64,000 nucleotides of DNA from positions 1-64,000 of IMG/VR virus record IMGVR_UViG_3300002835_000066, one strand, 5' to 3'. Shown here piece after piece: positions 25,502 to 33,927 of this stretch (the first letter of the stretch is position 1; the number at the start of each line of letters is the position of its first letter). Both the position numbers and the translations under genes were made by a program. The DNA comes from a virus (Duplodnaviria > Heunggongvirae > Uroviricota > Caudoviricetes). The notes beneath the pieces are model-generated. The model saw only the letters and a program-made list of their open reading frames with translations. It ran no database searches and was not told the origin of the DNA.

Positions 25502-27106
25502 TCACGTTGAAACATAATTAAGTTTCTTCTTTTTATAATCTTCAATGAAGTCTATCTTTGATTGAAGAGGTGGTCTGACTCCTCCCAAATCTCTGTATGA
25601 CCCTAGCATATCTTTATCATCTTTGCCGTATACATACCATTCATCCATACGCCAATGGTCTACGCCAAAGTCCATGTAGTCTTCTTTGCCCCATACATTA
25701 TTTGCAATCCAAAGAATTGCATCACGTTCGGTCATGCCTGTATTACTTTTCCAATGATATAATAACATAGTAGGCGCGCAGTTACGCATAAATGACTTAA
25801 TGTAATATTTTAATTCAGGAACAACATTATTACTTTGGAATATCCTCTTTAGATCAGGATGAGATTCATCTAGCATAATCTCATCTGTCTCTACTAAACT
25901 ATATCCTTGCTTTTCATAGGATGAGGATAAGGTACTTTGTTTAACATTATTATGTGTGCTAGTGATAAACAACGGAGCAAAGCTTAGGTGATTTGTTTTC
26001 CAATGTTCATCACACCACTTTTTAGTTTCGTTTAATGTTTCTTCTGTTTCGTATGGCAATCCTGCAATAAGGCTAATAGTGCCACTGTAATAACCATTAT
26101 GTTTCATGATATAATCTTTAGTGTCAAGAATAGCTTGTTGAATTTTTGCTGGGTCCATTCCTTTACCGGCAGCAGATGCACTAGGACGATGAAATGATTC
26201 TACTCCGTAAAACTGCCCATTGAACTGCATTCTAGCTAAATGTTCTATATCTTGCGGTCTTGTGTGCAACAGGTCTGCCCTAATATATCCACCAAAATTT
26301 GGTTTAAAAGGAAGTTTCTCTACAACGTCTGCATACTTGATGATCTTTTCGCTGTGGTCGTTAAACGTTTCATCTGCGATTGAATATCGGTGAATCCCAT
26401 AGCTATCATAGTTTCTCATCAAATTATCATGGAAATCTTCGGTGCATCTAGTGTGGTCATCTTTCACTCCTAAAATCGGATAGGTGCAAAACGAACACTT
26501 AAATCTGCATCCGCGGCTAGTTTCCATAGTTACGGCTTCGAATGGTTGTAGGAAATCTCTCTTTTCATAATCGATAGAAAGATTTCGCATTGGATAAGCA
26601 GGATAGTCGTGAAGTGCGTGAACTGTTCTTCTTTTATTTCCTTCTTTATCGATTACTTCTTCTTTATACTTTGCAGTACCTTTTAAGATTTCAAGTATAG
26701 CAAGTTCACCGTAACCCACTACCATGTAATCAGCAGGAATCAAGTGTACATTATGAAACTCTGTAGAACCAGTAACAATCAATATATCAGGATATGTTTG
26801 CTTCAACCACGTAAAAGAATAATAAAGGGTTTCAGTATTCATGTTGAATATTGCACCCAAACCAACAAACTTAGTGTTAGCATTCACTCGTGATTTTATA
26901 AGTTCTTTGAATTCTTCAAACGTCCAACTTGGGGCGAAGTCAATAACTTCAACATCAATTCCGTTCTGTCTAAGAAATGAAGCGATTCGGTGTGAACCGG
27001 CATGGCGGCGCACGGAACTAAAATTAATTCCGTGCATATCACTCGGACGAGAAGGCTCATCCGAGTTTATCATCCCTCCAAAAATTAAACCGTTGATTCT
27101 CATCAA
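25502..27106 (-). CDS. B12-binding-domain radical SAM enzyme, second copy
   Basis: 534 aa. ETSRGCRFKCSFCTYP is CxxxCxxC. N-terminal B12-binding-like Rossmann region. Paralog of 20506-22422. Confidence 0.7.
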   Translation of the reverse strand: MMRINGLIFGGMINSDEPSRPSDMHGINFSSVRRHAGSHRIASFLRQNGIDVEVIDFAPSWTFEEFKELIKSRVNANTKFVGLGAIFNMNTETLYYSFTWLKQTYPDILIVTGSTEFHNVHLIPADYMVVGYGELAILEILKGTAKYKEEVIDKEGNKRRTVHALHDYPAYPMRNLSIDYEKRDFLQPFEAVTMETSRGCRFKCSFCTYPILGVKDDHTRCTEDFHDNLMRNYDSYGIHRYSIADETFNDHSEKIIKYADVVEKLPFKPNFGGYIRADLLHTRPQDIEHLARMQFNGQFYGVESFHRPSASAAGKGMDPAKIQQAILDTKDYIMKHNGYYSGTISLIAGLPYETEETLNETKKWCDEHWKTNHLSFAPLFITSTHNNVKQSTLSSSYEKQGYSLVETDEIMLDESHPDLKRIFQSNNVVPELKYYIKSFMRNCAPTMLLYHWKSNTGMTERDAILWIANNVWGKEDYMDFGVDHWRMDEWYVYGKDDKDMLGSYRDLGGVRPPLQSKIDFIEDYKKKKLNYVST

Positions 27107-27257
27107 GTGTATTTAATGTCGGGATTACTTAGGATTTTCATTATCATATTGTTACGGACGATAACCTAAAACTAAAAGTCCCACACCGATTGCAGCATAG
27201 AACGAGAGTTGAAGGAAACCAAAATTCTTATGAATCCAATACATTTTACATTTATCC

Positions 27258-27614
27258 TTAAACGAGTTCTTTTTCATAAAGTTTGAATCCAAATGTGTCA
27301 CATACATAGATGTTACCGTTGATAACAAAGAGGTCACCAATCATTGAACTACGATGACCATACTTGCGACCACCGACAGTCATGAGCGGCATGATAACTT
27401 CAACGTTTTCGCTGAAATCTTCGTTATGCTCACCGTCTTCAAAAGTCGGTCCCATACTCCATGAACCAAAAATGTTCTGTGTGCGAGTAAAAGCATATTC
27501 ACATGCATCTATATCCGCTTCTTTGAAGCCCACCTGGTGCTTGGGGACATTCACGAGAGCAACAGTGTCCATTGCAGATGTTGCAGGGTCAAAATAGATA
27601 ACTTTAACTTGCAT
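27258..27614 (-). CDS. hypothetical protein (118 aa)
   Basis: Preceded by the conserved leader motif with GGAG 9 nt before the ATG. Confidence 0.5.
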   Translation of the reverse strand: MQVKVIYFDPATSAMDTVALVNVPKHQVGFKEADIDACEYAFTRTQNIFGSWSMGPTFEDGEHNEDFSENVEVIMPLMTVGGRKYGHRSSMIGDLFVINGNIYVCDTFGFKLYEKELV

Positions 27615-27640
27615 TTCGTATCTCCGTTTTCACAGCTTAT
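27613..27640 (-). promoter_or_regulatory. conserved promoter/5'-leader motif, copy 2
   Basis: Plus strand ctccgttttcacagcttataattaacac. In minus-strand sense this reads TTAATTATAAGCTGTGAAAACGGAGATACGAAATG. Confidence 0.45.
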
Positions 27641-27690
27641 AATTAACACTACACTAGTTTTGGGTAAGAGTCAACCGAAAAATGACCTAA

Positions 27691-27897
27691 TCAGTCAAAC
27701 GGTACGTTTTTATCTTGCTTTTTACCTGTATAGTGGTCATCGGATACGCAGATAGTCTTTACGGGCCCTTCACGAACTTGAGCGGGATATTGTTCAGCTA
27801 CCAATTCACACATAGTCTTATTGCTAAGTTGCATTTCTTGCTTAGACAGATACTCTCCCTCAGGAGTGAGGAAGAAGACAATGAGCCAAAACTTCAC
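27691..27897 (-). CDS. small protein, tandem paralog A (MKFWLIVFFLTPEGEYL...)
   Basis: 68 aa. Shares an N-terminal motif and Cys spacing with the next ORF. The two overlap in an ATGA start/stop. Confidence 0.5.
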   Translation of the reverse strand: MKFWLIVFFLTPEGEYLSKQEMQLSNKTMCELVAEQYPAQVREGPVKTICVSDDHYTGKKQDKNVPFD

Positions 27898-28094
27898 TGG
27901 TCAAGTCCACGCTGAATGCGATAGTCTTCATCGCTAGTGCAATAAAACTGCGCCTGCAAATCGCTGTTGACGATGGTCTTAGCCACTTGTCCGGCAAACT
28001 CTACGCACTGCTCTTTGTTAGCAGACTCATATATATCTTTAGCAACAAACTCGCCTTCCTGCGTGAACAGGTATACAATCAACCAAAAACTCAT
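27894..28094 (-). CDS. small protein, tandem paralog B (MSFWLIVYLFTQEGEFV...)
   Basis: 66 aa, paralog of 27691-27897. Confidence 0.5.
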   Translation of the reverse strand: MSFWLIVYLFTQEGEFVAKDIYESANKEQCVEFAGQVAKTIVNSDLQAQFYCTSDEDYRIQRGLDQ

Positions 28095-28345
28095 TACTTA
28101 TACTCCTTAAACCACTTGAGAACATTCTGTTTATTCTTATCAAAGAACGAAACATCCATACCAAAATGCTTCTTACTCTTGAAAATCTTACCCTGCCATG
28201 CGTAGCCGCCTGCATTTTTGGGGCGATACGTCCACTTAAGCTGACCGATAACTTCACCGTCACACTTGATAGCAAAGGTATGAAACTTTTCATTTCCGAG
28301 GTCGGCAAAACCATCACGAACTTTTGCAAGAGTCCACATAGACAA
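28094..28345 (-). CDS. hypothetical small protein (83 aa)
   Basis: Preferred over the overlapping frame 28039..28329 because of its composition and tight packing with its neighbours. Confidence 0.4.
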   Translation of the reverse strand: MSMWTLAKVRDGFADLGNEKFHTFAIKCDGEVIGQLKWTYRPKNAGGYAWQGKIFKSKKHFGMDVSFFDKNKQNVLKWFKEYK

Positions 28346-28350
28346 TCTCC

Positions 28351-28542
28351 TTAGCGAGGACGATAGGGGCGGGCACCTTGTTCATCAAGATAAACAGTGC
28401 GACCATCAGCAGTGCGAACGATGATGTCCTGAATCATTTCCTCAGGATCATTAGTAGTGTCCATATAGGCGCCAACAATCAGAACTTCGTTGCCATGTGC
28501 ATCATAGCTATAACCTTGAACCATATCACCGACTTGAAACAT
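28351..28542 (-). CDS. hypothetical small protein (64 aa, start at MFQVGDMVQGY)
   Basis: Start moved to the Met that sits at the conserved spacing from the leader motif (cat at 28540-28542). Confidence 0.45.
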   Translation of the reverse strand: MFQVGDMVQGYSYDAHGNEVLIVGAYMDTTNDPEEMIQDIIVRTADGRTVYLDEQGARPYRPR

Positions 28543-28548
28543 TTGATA

Positions 28549-28581
28549 TCTCCGTTTTCTCAGCTTATAATTTACTATAGC
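28549..28581 (-). promoter_or_regulatory. conserved promoter/5'-leader motif, copy 3
   Basis: Plus strand tctccgttttctcagcttataatttactatagc. In minus-strand sense this reads TAAATTATAAGCTGAGAAAACGGAGATATCAAATG. Confidence 0.45.
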
Positions 28582-28626
28582 AAAATGGGTAACCAATGTC
28601 AACCGTTTTCTTCCAAAAAATGAATA

Positions 28627-28887
28627 TTAGGCGGCAGCGGATTCTTCATGAGTGTAGTCGCGGAAAGTGACTACAAACTTCATCGTTTCAAGATAAGTAT
28701 CAGCAAGCCGGGCAATAGAGTAGTTGCAAGGAGACTTTTCGTTAGGATATTCAACGTAAATCCAATCAATTAGTTTGCCCGCTGCGTTGGGAGCCCGCAT
28801 AATCTTAACTACTTCACCACTGATAGTACCAGCAGCAGACTCATAACGAACACGATCACCAATAAGAACAGTTTTAGGGGTAGCCAT
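28627..28887 (-). CDS. hypothetical small protein (86 aa)
   Basis: ORF. Confidence 0.4.
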   Translation of the reverse strand: MATPKTVLIGDRVRYESAAGTISGEVVKIMRAPNAAGKLIDWIYVEYPNEKSPCNYSIARLADTYLETMKFVVTFRDYTHEESAAA

Positions 28888-28947
28888 AAGTAGAACCTTT
28901 CGTTGCTCTTTATTTATGACTGATAATATCAGTTTTTGATAATCATG

Positions 28948-30045
28948 TCAACTAAAAAGATCAACTTTTTCCCAAGGGAGATACGATTTTCCAAAGTGAC
29001 CATAGTTAGTAGTAGAACTATAGATTGGTCTAAACAGGTCAAATCTTTCAATAATACCCTTAGGAGTTAAATCTACATTCTCTAGAATATACTTTTCTAA
29101 GTCTTTGCTTTCACCATCACTGTCAACGTAGAAGCTAGTTGGTTCTTCAACCCCGATTGCATAGCTAAGCTGAATCTGTGCCCAAGTTGCTTTGCCGCTT
29201 GCTACAATATTATTAGCAATGTAACGAGCCATGTAAGCAGCACTGCGGTCAACCTTTGTCGGATCCTTGCCGCTGAATGCGCCGCCGCCGTGTGGTGCTG
29301 CGCCGCCATATGTATCAACGATAATCTTACGCCCAGTAAGTCCAGTGTCACCGTCTGGTCCTCCGATCACGAACCTACCTGTAGGGTTAATCAAGAACTT
29401 AGTTTCTTTGTCAATCAAATCTGTTGGTACAACAGCACGAATAATCTGTTCAATACCATTACGAACTTCGCTGATATCAACGTCAGGGTGATGCTGTGAT
29501 GAGCAAACAATCTTATCAATTCTGTTGATTGTACCATCGTCATTATATTCAACGGTTACTTGACTCTTGCTATCAGGTCCCATCCAAATTTGACCGTCAT
29601 TCTTTCTCAAATGAGTTAGGGTCTCTACAATCTTATGACTATAATAGATTGCTGCTGGCATGTTGTTTTCTGTTTCGTTGACTGCATAACCAAACATCAA
29701 TCCTTGATCACCTGCACCGAAATTATCAGTACCTAATGCAATGTCTGGACTTTGTCCGTGCATCAAATTGATTATGTCAGCGGTTTGCCAATGAAATCCT
29801 TCCTGTTCGTACCCAACATTTTTGATCACTTTACGAATTATGTAGTCTAAATCTAGCGGATCAATTTCGCCTTTAAACTCGCCAGCAACAATTACTTTAT
29901 TAGTTGTTACTAACGTTTCACACGCACATCGTAATGCTGGATCCAAATTACTCATAACCATATCTAATACACCATCACTGATGGCGTCGGCTATTTTATC
30001 TGGGTGACCTTCGGATACTGATTCACTGGTAAACAGGTATGACAT
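28948..30045 (-). CDS. metK: S-adenosylmethionine synthetase
   Basis: Start at the internal Met (MSYLFTSESVSEGHPDK, cat at 30043-30045). The GHPDK N-terminal motif, GGGAFSGKDPTKVDRSAAYMARYIA (the MAT signature GGGAFSGKDxTKVDRS) and the right length (366 aa). Confidence 0.9.
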   Translation of the reverse strand: MSYLFTSESVSEGHPDKIADAISDGVLDMVMSNLDPALRCACETLVTTNKVIVAGEFKGEIDPLDLDYIIRKVIKNVGYEQEGFHWQTADIINLMHGQSPDIALGTDNFGAGDQGLMFGYAVNETENNMPAAIYYSHKIVETLTHLRKNDGQIWMGPDSKSQVTVEYNDDGTINRIDKIVCSSQHHPDVDISEVRNGIEQIIRAVVPTDLIDKETKFLINPTGRFVIGGPDGDTGLTGRKIIVDTYGGAAPHGGGAFSGKDPTKVDRSAAYMARYIANNIVASGKATWAQIQLSYAIGVEEPTSFYVDSDGESKDLEKYILENVDLTPKGIIERFDLFRPIYSSTTNYGHFGKSYLPWEKVDLFS

Positions 30046-30104
30046 ATTATTTCCTTTATTAAGAATTATAGAATATTTTGCAGGGATTTGCAATGTGTTT
30101 TGGG

Positions 30105-33086
30105 TTAATTAATCCAACAATCGCAGTTACATTCAATTACACGCTCAATAGCTTCGTTTACTGAATATACTGCCGGGTATAGAGTACTCCCGGTATAGTC
30201 TGAATCTACTTCAAAAGGAATATCTGTAGCTAATTGCTCCGGAGTAGAAATGATAATTCTGTCCGGTCTAACAATTGGATTTAGTGAAGAAGGGACTGTG
30301 GGTCCTACCACCGCAACCGAAACTCCATTTAAAATAGGAGTTATGTCTCCCGGTGACGTTGTTCTTGTGGTTAAAAATTCCCCAATCAAGGTTGAGTCAG
30401 AGGGGAAATACGTGCCATTGGGTCTAGGAGTAATAACACGATTGCCAAGCTTATTTGTAGGCCAACTTGCGGTAGTAAAGCCGGTTACACCTACAAGAAC
30501 ATTTCCGTATGTTCCCGGATCCTCTTTGACTATATCAATAATAGGACTTGTAATTGGGTTATTGATAGCCGCTGGAATAGTTCCATTAGTAGTAAGTGTT
30601 TTCTCATCCATGAGAGACATAGTATCTGCAATATGATTATCTAACGGAATTCCAGCAGAAATCAATCTAATTTGATTTCGTTCTTGTCTCATTTGAACTA
30701 CCGCGCTTTGTCCGCCCAAAGTGTCTAAATTACAAATTGCTTCTAGTGTTTGTGCAGACATATGCGGTTTAGTATCTTGTGCGATAGTAGGAATAGAGTC
30801 AACAAACGAATTGATAGTCGATGGATATGGATAGGCAAATAAATCTTTAGGTACTGCTACCGGTGGCAATGCAGTGTACCTAGCTCGTTGTTCAATAACC
30901 AATTGACCACCTAATATATTCCAATACGTGTTCAATAACTGAGTTACTTCTAAATTATTCTGAGAAATTAATGAAATTTCTGCATTAGCTAAGTCAATAT
31001 AATTCTGTACTACTGCATTCATTGGACTTGGCCAGCCGGTTGTACCGGCTGCGGTGTTTGTTCCGCCACCGTTTGATGTAGGCGGGGCCTCTATTGTTAC
31101 GGTCGGCAGAGTAGTCGTGTCAGTTCCTGAGCTGGTTAGCTCTACTGAGGTCACTCTACCAAACAAGCCGCCGCCATTTGATCCAACAAGAAAATCATCA
31201 GTTTCTATAGTAGCAGTAGCAGTTGCTCCACTGCCACCGTTAATAGAAATAGTAGGTGCTGCTGCGCCGCCTCTACCATATCCTCCACCAAGATCAGTAA
31301 GCGTAACACCTGTAACATTATAATATGTAGTGAATACAGTTGGAGGAGATTCAACTACATAAGAGGTATACTGCACACTAACAGTAGCCGGTTTCCATGA
31401 CACTGCTAAAAATAGGTCACGATATATCGATTTTAATGTATCAGTTTCTGCCTCTAGCATTCTATTATATAGATTTTCCCATGGATAAGGAAGACCGGAC
31501 ATAGAACCAAAGAAATCTGACATAGTATAAGTGCCATATGGTCCCGAACCTAATGCTTCTTTTAGTTGTAAGCTGTCGATTGCCTCTTGACTAGTCGGCT
31601 TACTTGTTCCACTGACAAGGGGAAAATCAATAGTGCTTTCTAAGGACTTGACTGCTCTAGCGAACTGTTGAATGTCTGCTCTATCAATGTTTCTGATTTG
31701 GCGCATAGCAAATGAGAACGCGCCGGCAGCAACTGCTTGTTCTAATGGTATTACGCCACGTAGATACGAACCAAATCCTTTGATTAACGCTACTGTATTA
31801 TCTACTGATTGAATACTAGAAACTGCTGAGGGAACATTATTAGGTGTCTGCGCTCCTACATAAGTATCCATATCAGGACTAGTTAATGCTGGATTTAATC
31901 CTCCGAAGATATACAAAGGATAATATGTTTTACTATTAGTGGGGAGTCCTAATTCACCGTTGTACTTAGGAACAGTTAATGATTGATAGCTGTTAGGGAA
32001 TAGTTTTTTTACATCAAGTAAATCTGCTAAGCTTTCTAAGCCCTCTATTTGACATTGTAGAGGTGCTATTATATCGCTAAGGTTTTCACCAACCATAATT
32101 AAGAAGGCGCTGTAAATTTGTCGTTCTTGTGTTTTTGTGGGGGACTGTAGTTTTCCAGATACTAGTTGCTGCAATTCAGTATTTTCTAACCCTGCTGACA
32201 ACAATGCTAATACTAAATCTGGTATTACTGCGTTGTTTTCTCCTAATATTTTTAATAGAGACGAGGGTAATCCAAAAGAAGAAATATCACTTAGGTTAAG
32301 AATTTTTCCTAAATTTTCTAAATCCTGACCAAATTCTTTATTTGCTAAATTTACACCAAATACATCAGCACTGATCAAATCGTCCATGTTACTGAATGTG
32401 CCGTCCAAAAACGTTTTTGCATTTTGGTTAGACATAACAGTTTGGCTAACACTTTCTACAAACGACAATGCAGACAGAAAGGATGCCAAAAACTCCGGAT
32501 ATTCCGGATTAGCTGCTGATACTTCTCCTCCATTCCAATTGAATTCATTCCATGCTTGTAATGCATGTAGTCTAATATATCCCCATTGAGTGACGGCTGC
32601 ATTCGGGTTGGAACTATCATATGGCAACCAGGTTGCTTCCTGACCCTGATTAGTAGCACTCGTAATGCTATATCCAGAAGTTGCAGGTCCGGGCAATGCA
32701 CCGGAGACACCCTGCTGAATTCCGTACTTCTCTGAAATAGATGGGGTCACTGAATCTGCAGGTCGTGCCCATATACCAGCTGGATCAATCGCAACATATG
32801 AGGCTGGTTTTGAGTTACCTAACGCAGGAATTGATGCTGACCCTATTGCAATAAGATTATTATAAACACCAGATGTCACTAGAGTTCTTAGATATGCATC
32901 ATTGATTGCCCAAGTGAGCATTCTTAAACATGTTCCGCTAACTAATGTGCCAAAAGTGTAATCGGTATTTGTTTTACTAGCACCCATATAAGATGCTGCT
33001 ATAGGATTGATTGTTAAACCCTGATTTTGTAGATAAGAACCAACTACGTTAATTCCAAGCGGACTTTGTGTTCCAGTATCAGCCAT
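30105..33086 (-). CDS. large virion structural protein (993 aa), probably baseplate or tail-fibre associated
   Basis: Follows directly after a PAAR gene. Ser/Thr/Gly/Asn-rich composition typical of fibre or baseplate proteins. No enzymatic motif. Confidence 0.4.
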   Translation of the reverse strand: MADTGTQSPLGINVVGSYLQNQGLTINPIAASYMGASKTNTDYTFGTLVSGTCLRMLTWAINDAYLRTLVTSGVYNNLIAIGSASIPALGNSKPASYVAIDPAGIWARPADSVTPSISEKYGIQQGVSGALPGPATSGYSITSATNQGQEATWLPYDSSNPNAAVTQWGYIRLHALQAWNEFNWNGGEVSAANPEYPEFLASFLSALSFVESVSQTVMSNQNAKTFLDGTFSNMDDLISADVFGVNLANKEFGQDLENLGKILNLSDISSFGLPSSLLKILGENNAVIPDLVLALLSAGLENTELQQLVSGKLQSPTKTQERQIYSAFLIMVGENLSDIIAPLQCQIEGLESLADLLDVKKLFPNSYQSLTVPKYNGELGLPTNSKTYYPLYIFGGLNPALTSPDMDTYVGAQTPNNVPSAVSSIQSVDNTVALIKGFGSYLRGVIPLEQAVAAGAFSFAMRQIRNIDRADIQQFARAVKSLESTIDFPLVSGTSKPTSQEAIDSLQLKEALGSGPYGTYTMSDFFGSMSGLPYPWENLYNRMLEAETDTLKSIYRDLFLAVSWKPATVSVQYTSYVVESPPTVFTTYYNVTGVTLTDLGGGYGRGGAAAPTISINGGSGATATATIETDDFLVGSNGGGLFGRVTSVELTSSGTDTTTLPTVTIEAPPTSNGGGTNTAAGTTGWPSPMNAVVQNYIDLANAEISLISQNNLEVTQLLNTYWNILGGQLVIEQRARYTALPPVAVPKDLFAYPYPSTINSFVDSIPTIAQDTKPHMSAQTLEAICNLDTLGGQSAVVQMRQERNQIRLISAGIPLDNHIADTMSLMDEKTLTTNGTIPAAINNPITSPIIDIVKEDPGTYGNVLVGVTGFTTASWPTNKLGNRVITPRPNGTYFPSDSTLIGEFLTTRTTSPGDITPILNGVSVAVVGPTVPSSLNPIVRPDRIIISTPEQLATDIPFEVDSDYTGSTLYPAVYSVNEAIERVIECNCDCWIN

Positions 33087-33093
33087 ATTATTT

Positions 33094-33366
33094 TTAACTC
33101 ACAAATACAGTAGGGCTACCCTGTATTATCGGGTGACCGCATGTGGTGCTTGACCCAACTCTTAATACCGGAACACCTTCAGCAAATACAGTTGGGCTTC
33201 CAGTAAGGGTTACCGATGCTTTATGTGGACCACCGGCAGGGTGAGGAGTTATTTTACTTACGTGCAGTCCAACCGGACGATTGTTAGCGAAGACAGTCTT
33301 TGCTCCTCTAATAATCTTTCCGCCGCCCGTGTTAATATCGCCTATTCTACTTAGTGGTTTTCCCAT
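33094..33366 (-). CDS. PAAR-repeat spike-tip protein
   Basis: 90 aa. Repeated ...G.PV.RVGD...C.GHP.I.GSPTVF... pattern (GSPTVFAEGVPVLRVGSSTTCGHPIIQGSPTVFVS), characteristic of the PAAR domain. Confidence 0.65.
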   Translation of the reverse strand: MGKPLSRIGDINTGGGKIIRGAKTVFANNRPVGLHVSKITPHPAGGPHKASVTLTGSPTVFAEGVPVLRVGSSTTCGHPIIQGSPTVFVS

Positions 33367-33369
33367 ATA

Positions 33370-33669
33370 TCATCCTAAAATTAACTTCTTGTCCGGGACC
33401 ACTAAACCAGTAGTAGCCTCAATATACTTTACCTTAACACTGTCATCTGTCAATGCAAAGATAGTTACGTTATTAATATTTAGTCTTGCAGGATCCTTTG
33501 GATCTGCGGTAAACATGCTCTGTATCAATCCCAATCCTTGGGGACCGGGGGCAACTGATACTGGATCCTTTAAGGATAGATAATTATCTTGAATATCAGT
33601 AACTTTTCCTACAACTTCTTCACCGCTCGTGAGCTTGAATGTATAGGTTTCTCCAACTTTAATTGTCAT
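33370..33669 (-). CDS. hypothetical protein (99 aa)
   Basis: ORF between the glutaredoxin and PAAR genes. Confidence 0.4.
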   Translation of the reverse strand: MTIKVGETYTFKLTSGEEVVGKVTDIQDNYLSLKDPVSVAPGPQGLGLIQSMFTADPKDPARLNINNVTIFALTDDSVKVKYIEATTGLVVPDKKLILG

Positions 33670-33682
33670 ATTTTTTTCTTTC

Positions 33683-33916
33683 TTATGCTGCTTCTGCTAA
33701 AAACTTAGCACGAAGTTCTGTAAATCCACCGACGAGTTCTCCGTCGAGGAAAATCTGAGGTACGGTACGTGCATTAGGAACTGCTTCAAGCAAGTCTTCC
33801 TTAGTGTACCCTTCACCAATCTTCTTTTCTTCGTATTCAATACCCTTCTGTTCTAGAAGTGTCTTTGCCTGCACACAATAGGGGCAGTGATCCTTTGACC
33901 ATACAATTGCTCTCAT
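33683..33916 (-). CDS. nrdC: glutaredoxin
   Basis: 77 aa. CPYC active site. GG motif near the C-terminus. Confidence 0.85.
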   Translation of the reverse strand: MRAIVWSKDHCPYCVQAKTLLEQKGIEYEEKKIGEGYTKEDLLEAVPNARTVPQIFLDGELVGGFTELRAKFLAEAA

Positions 33917-33927
33917 TATTTTTCTCC

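Noticed and set aside
28039-28329. 96-aa minus-strand ORF overlapping 28094..28345 in another frame
   Set aside because: Arg/Ser-rich and low-complexity. The 83-aa frame fits the start/stop tiling with its neighbours.
28948-30093. Upstream extension of metK (MQIPAKYSIILNKGNN...)
   Set aside because: MetK proteins begin a few residues before the GHPDK motif, so the internal Met at 30045 is the expected start.
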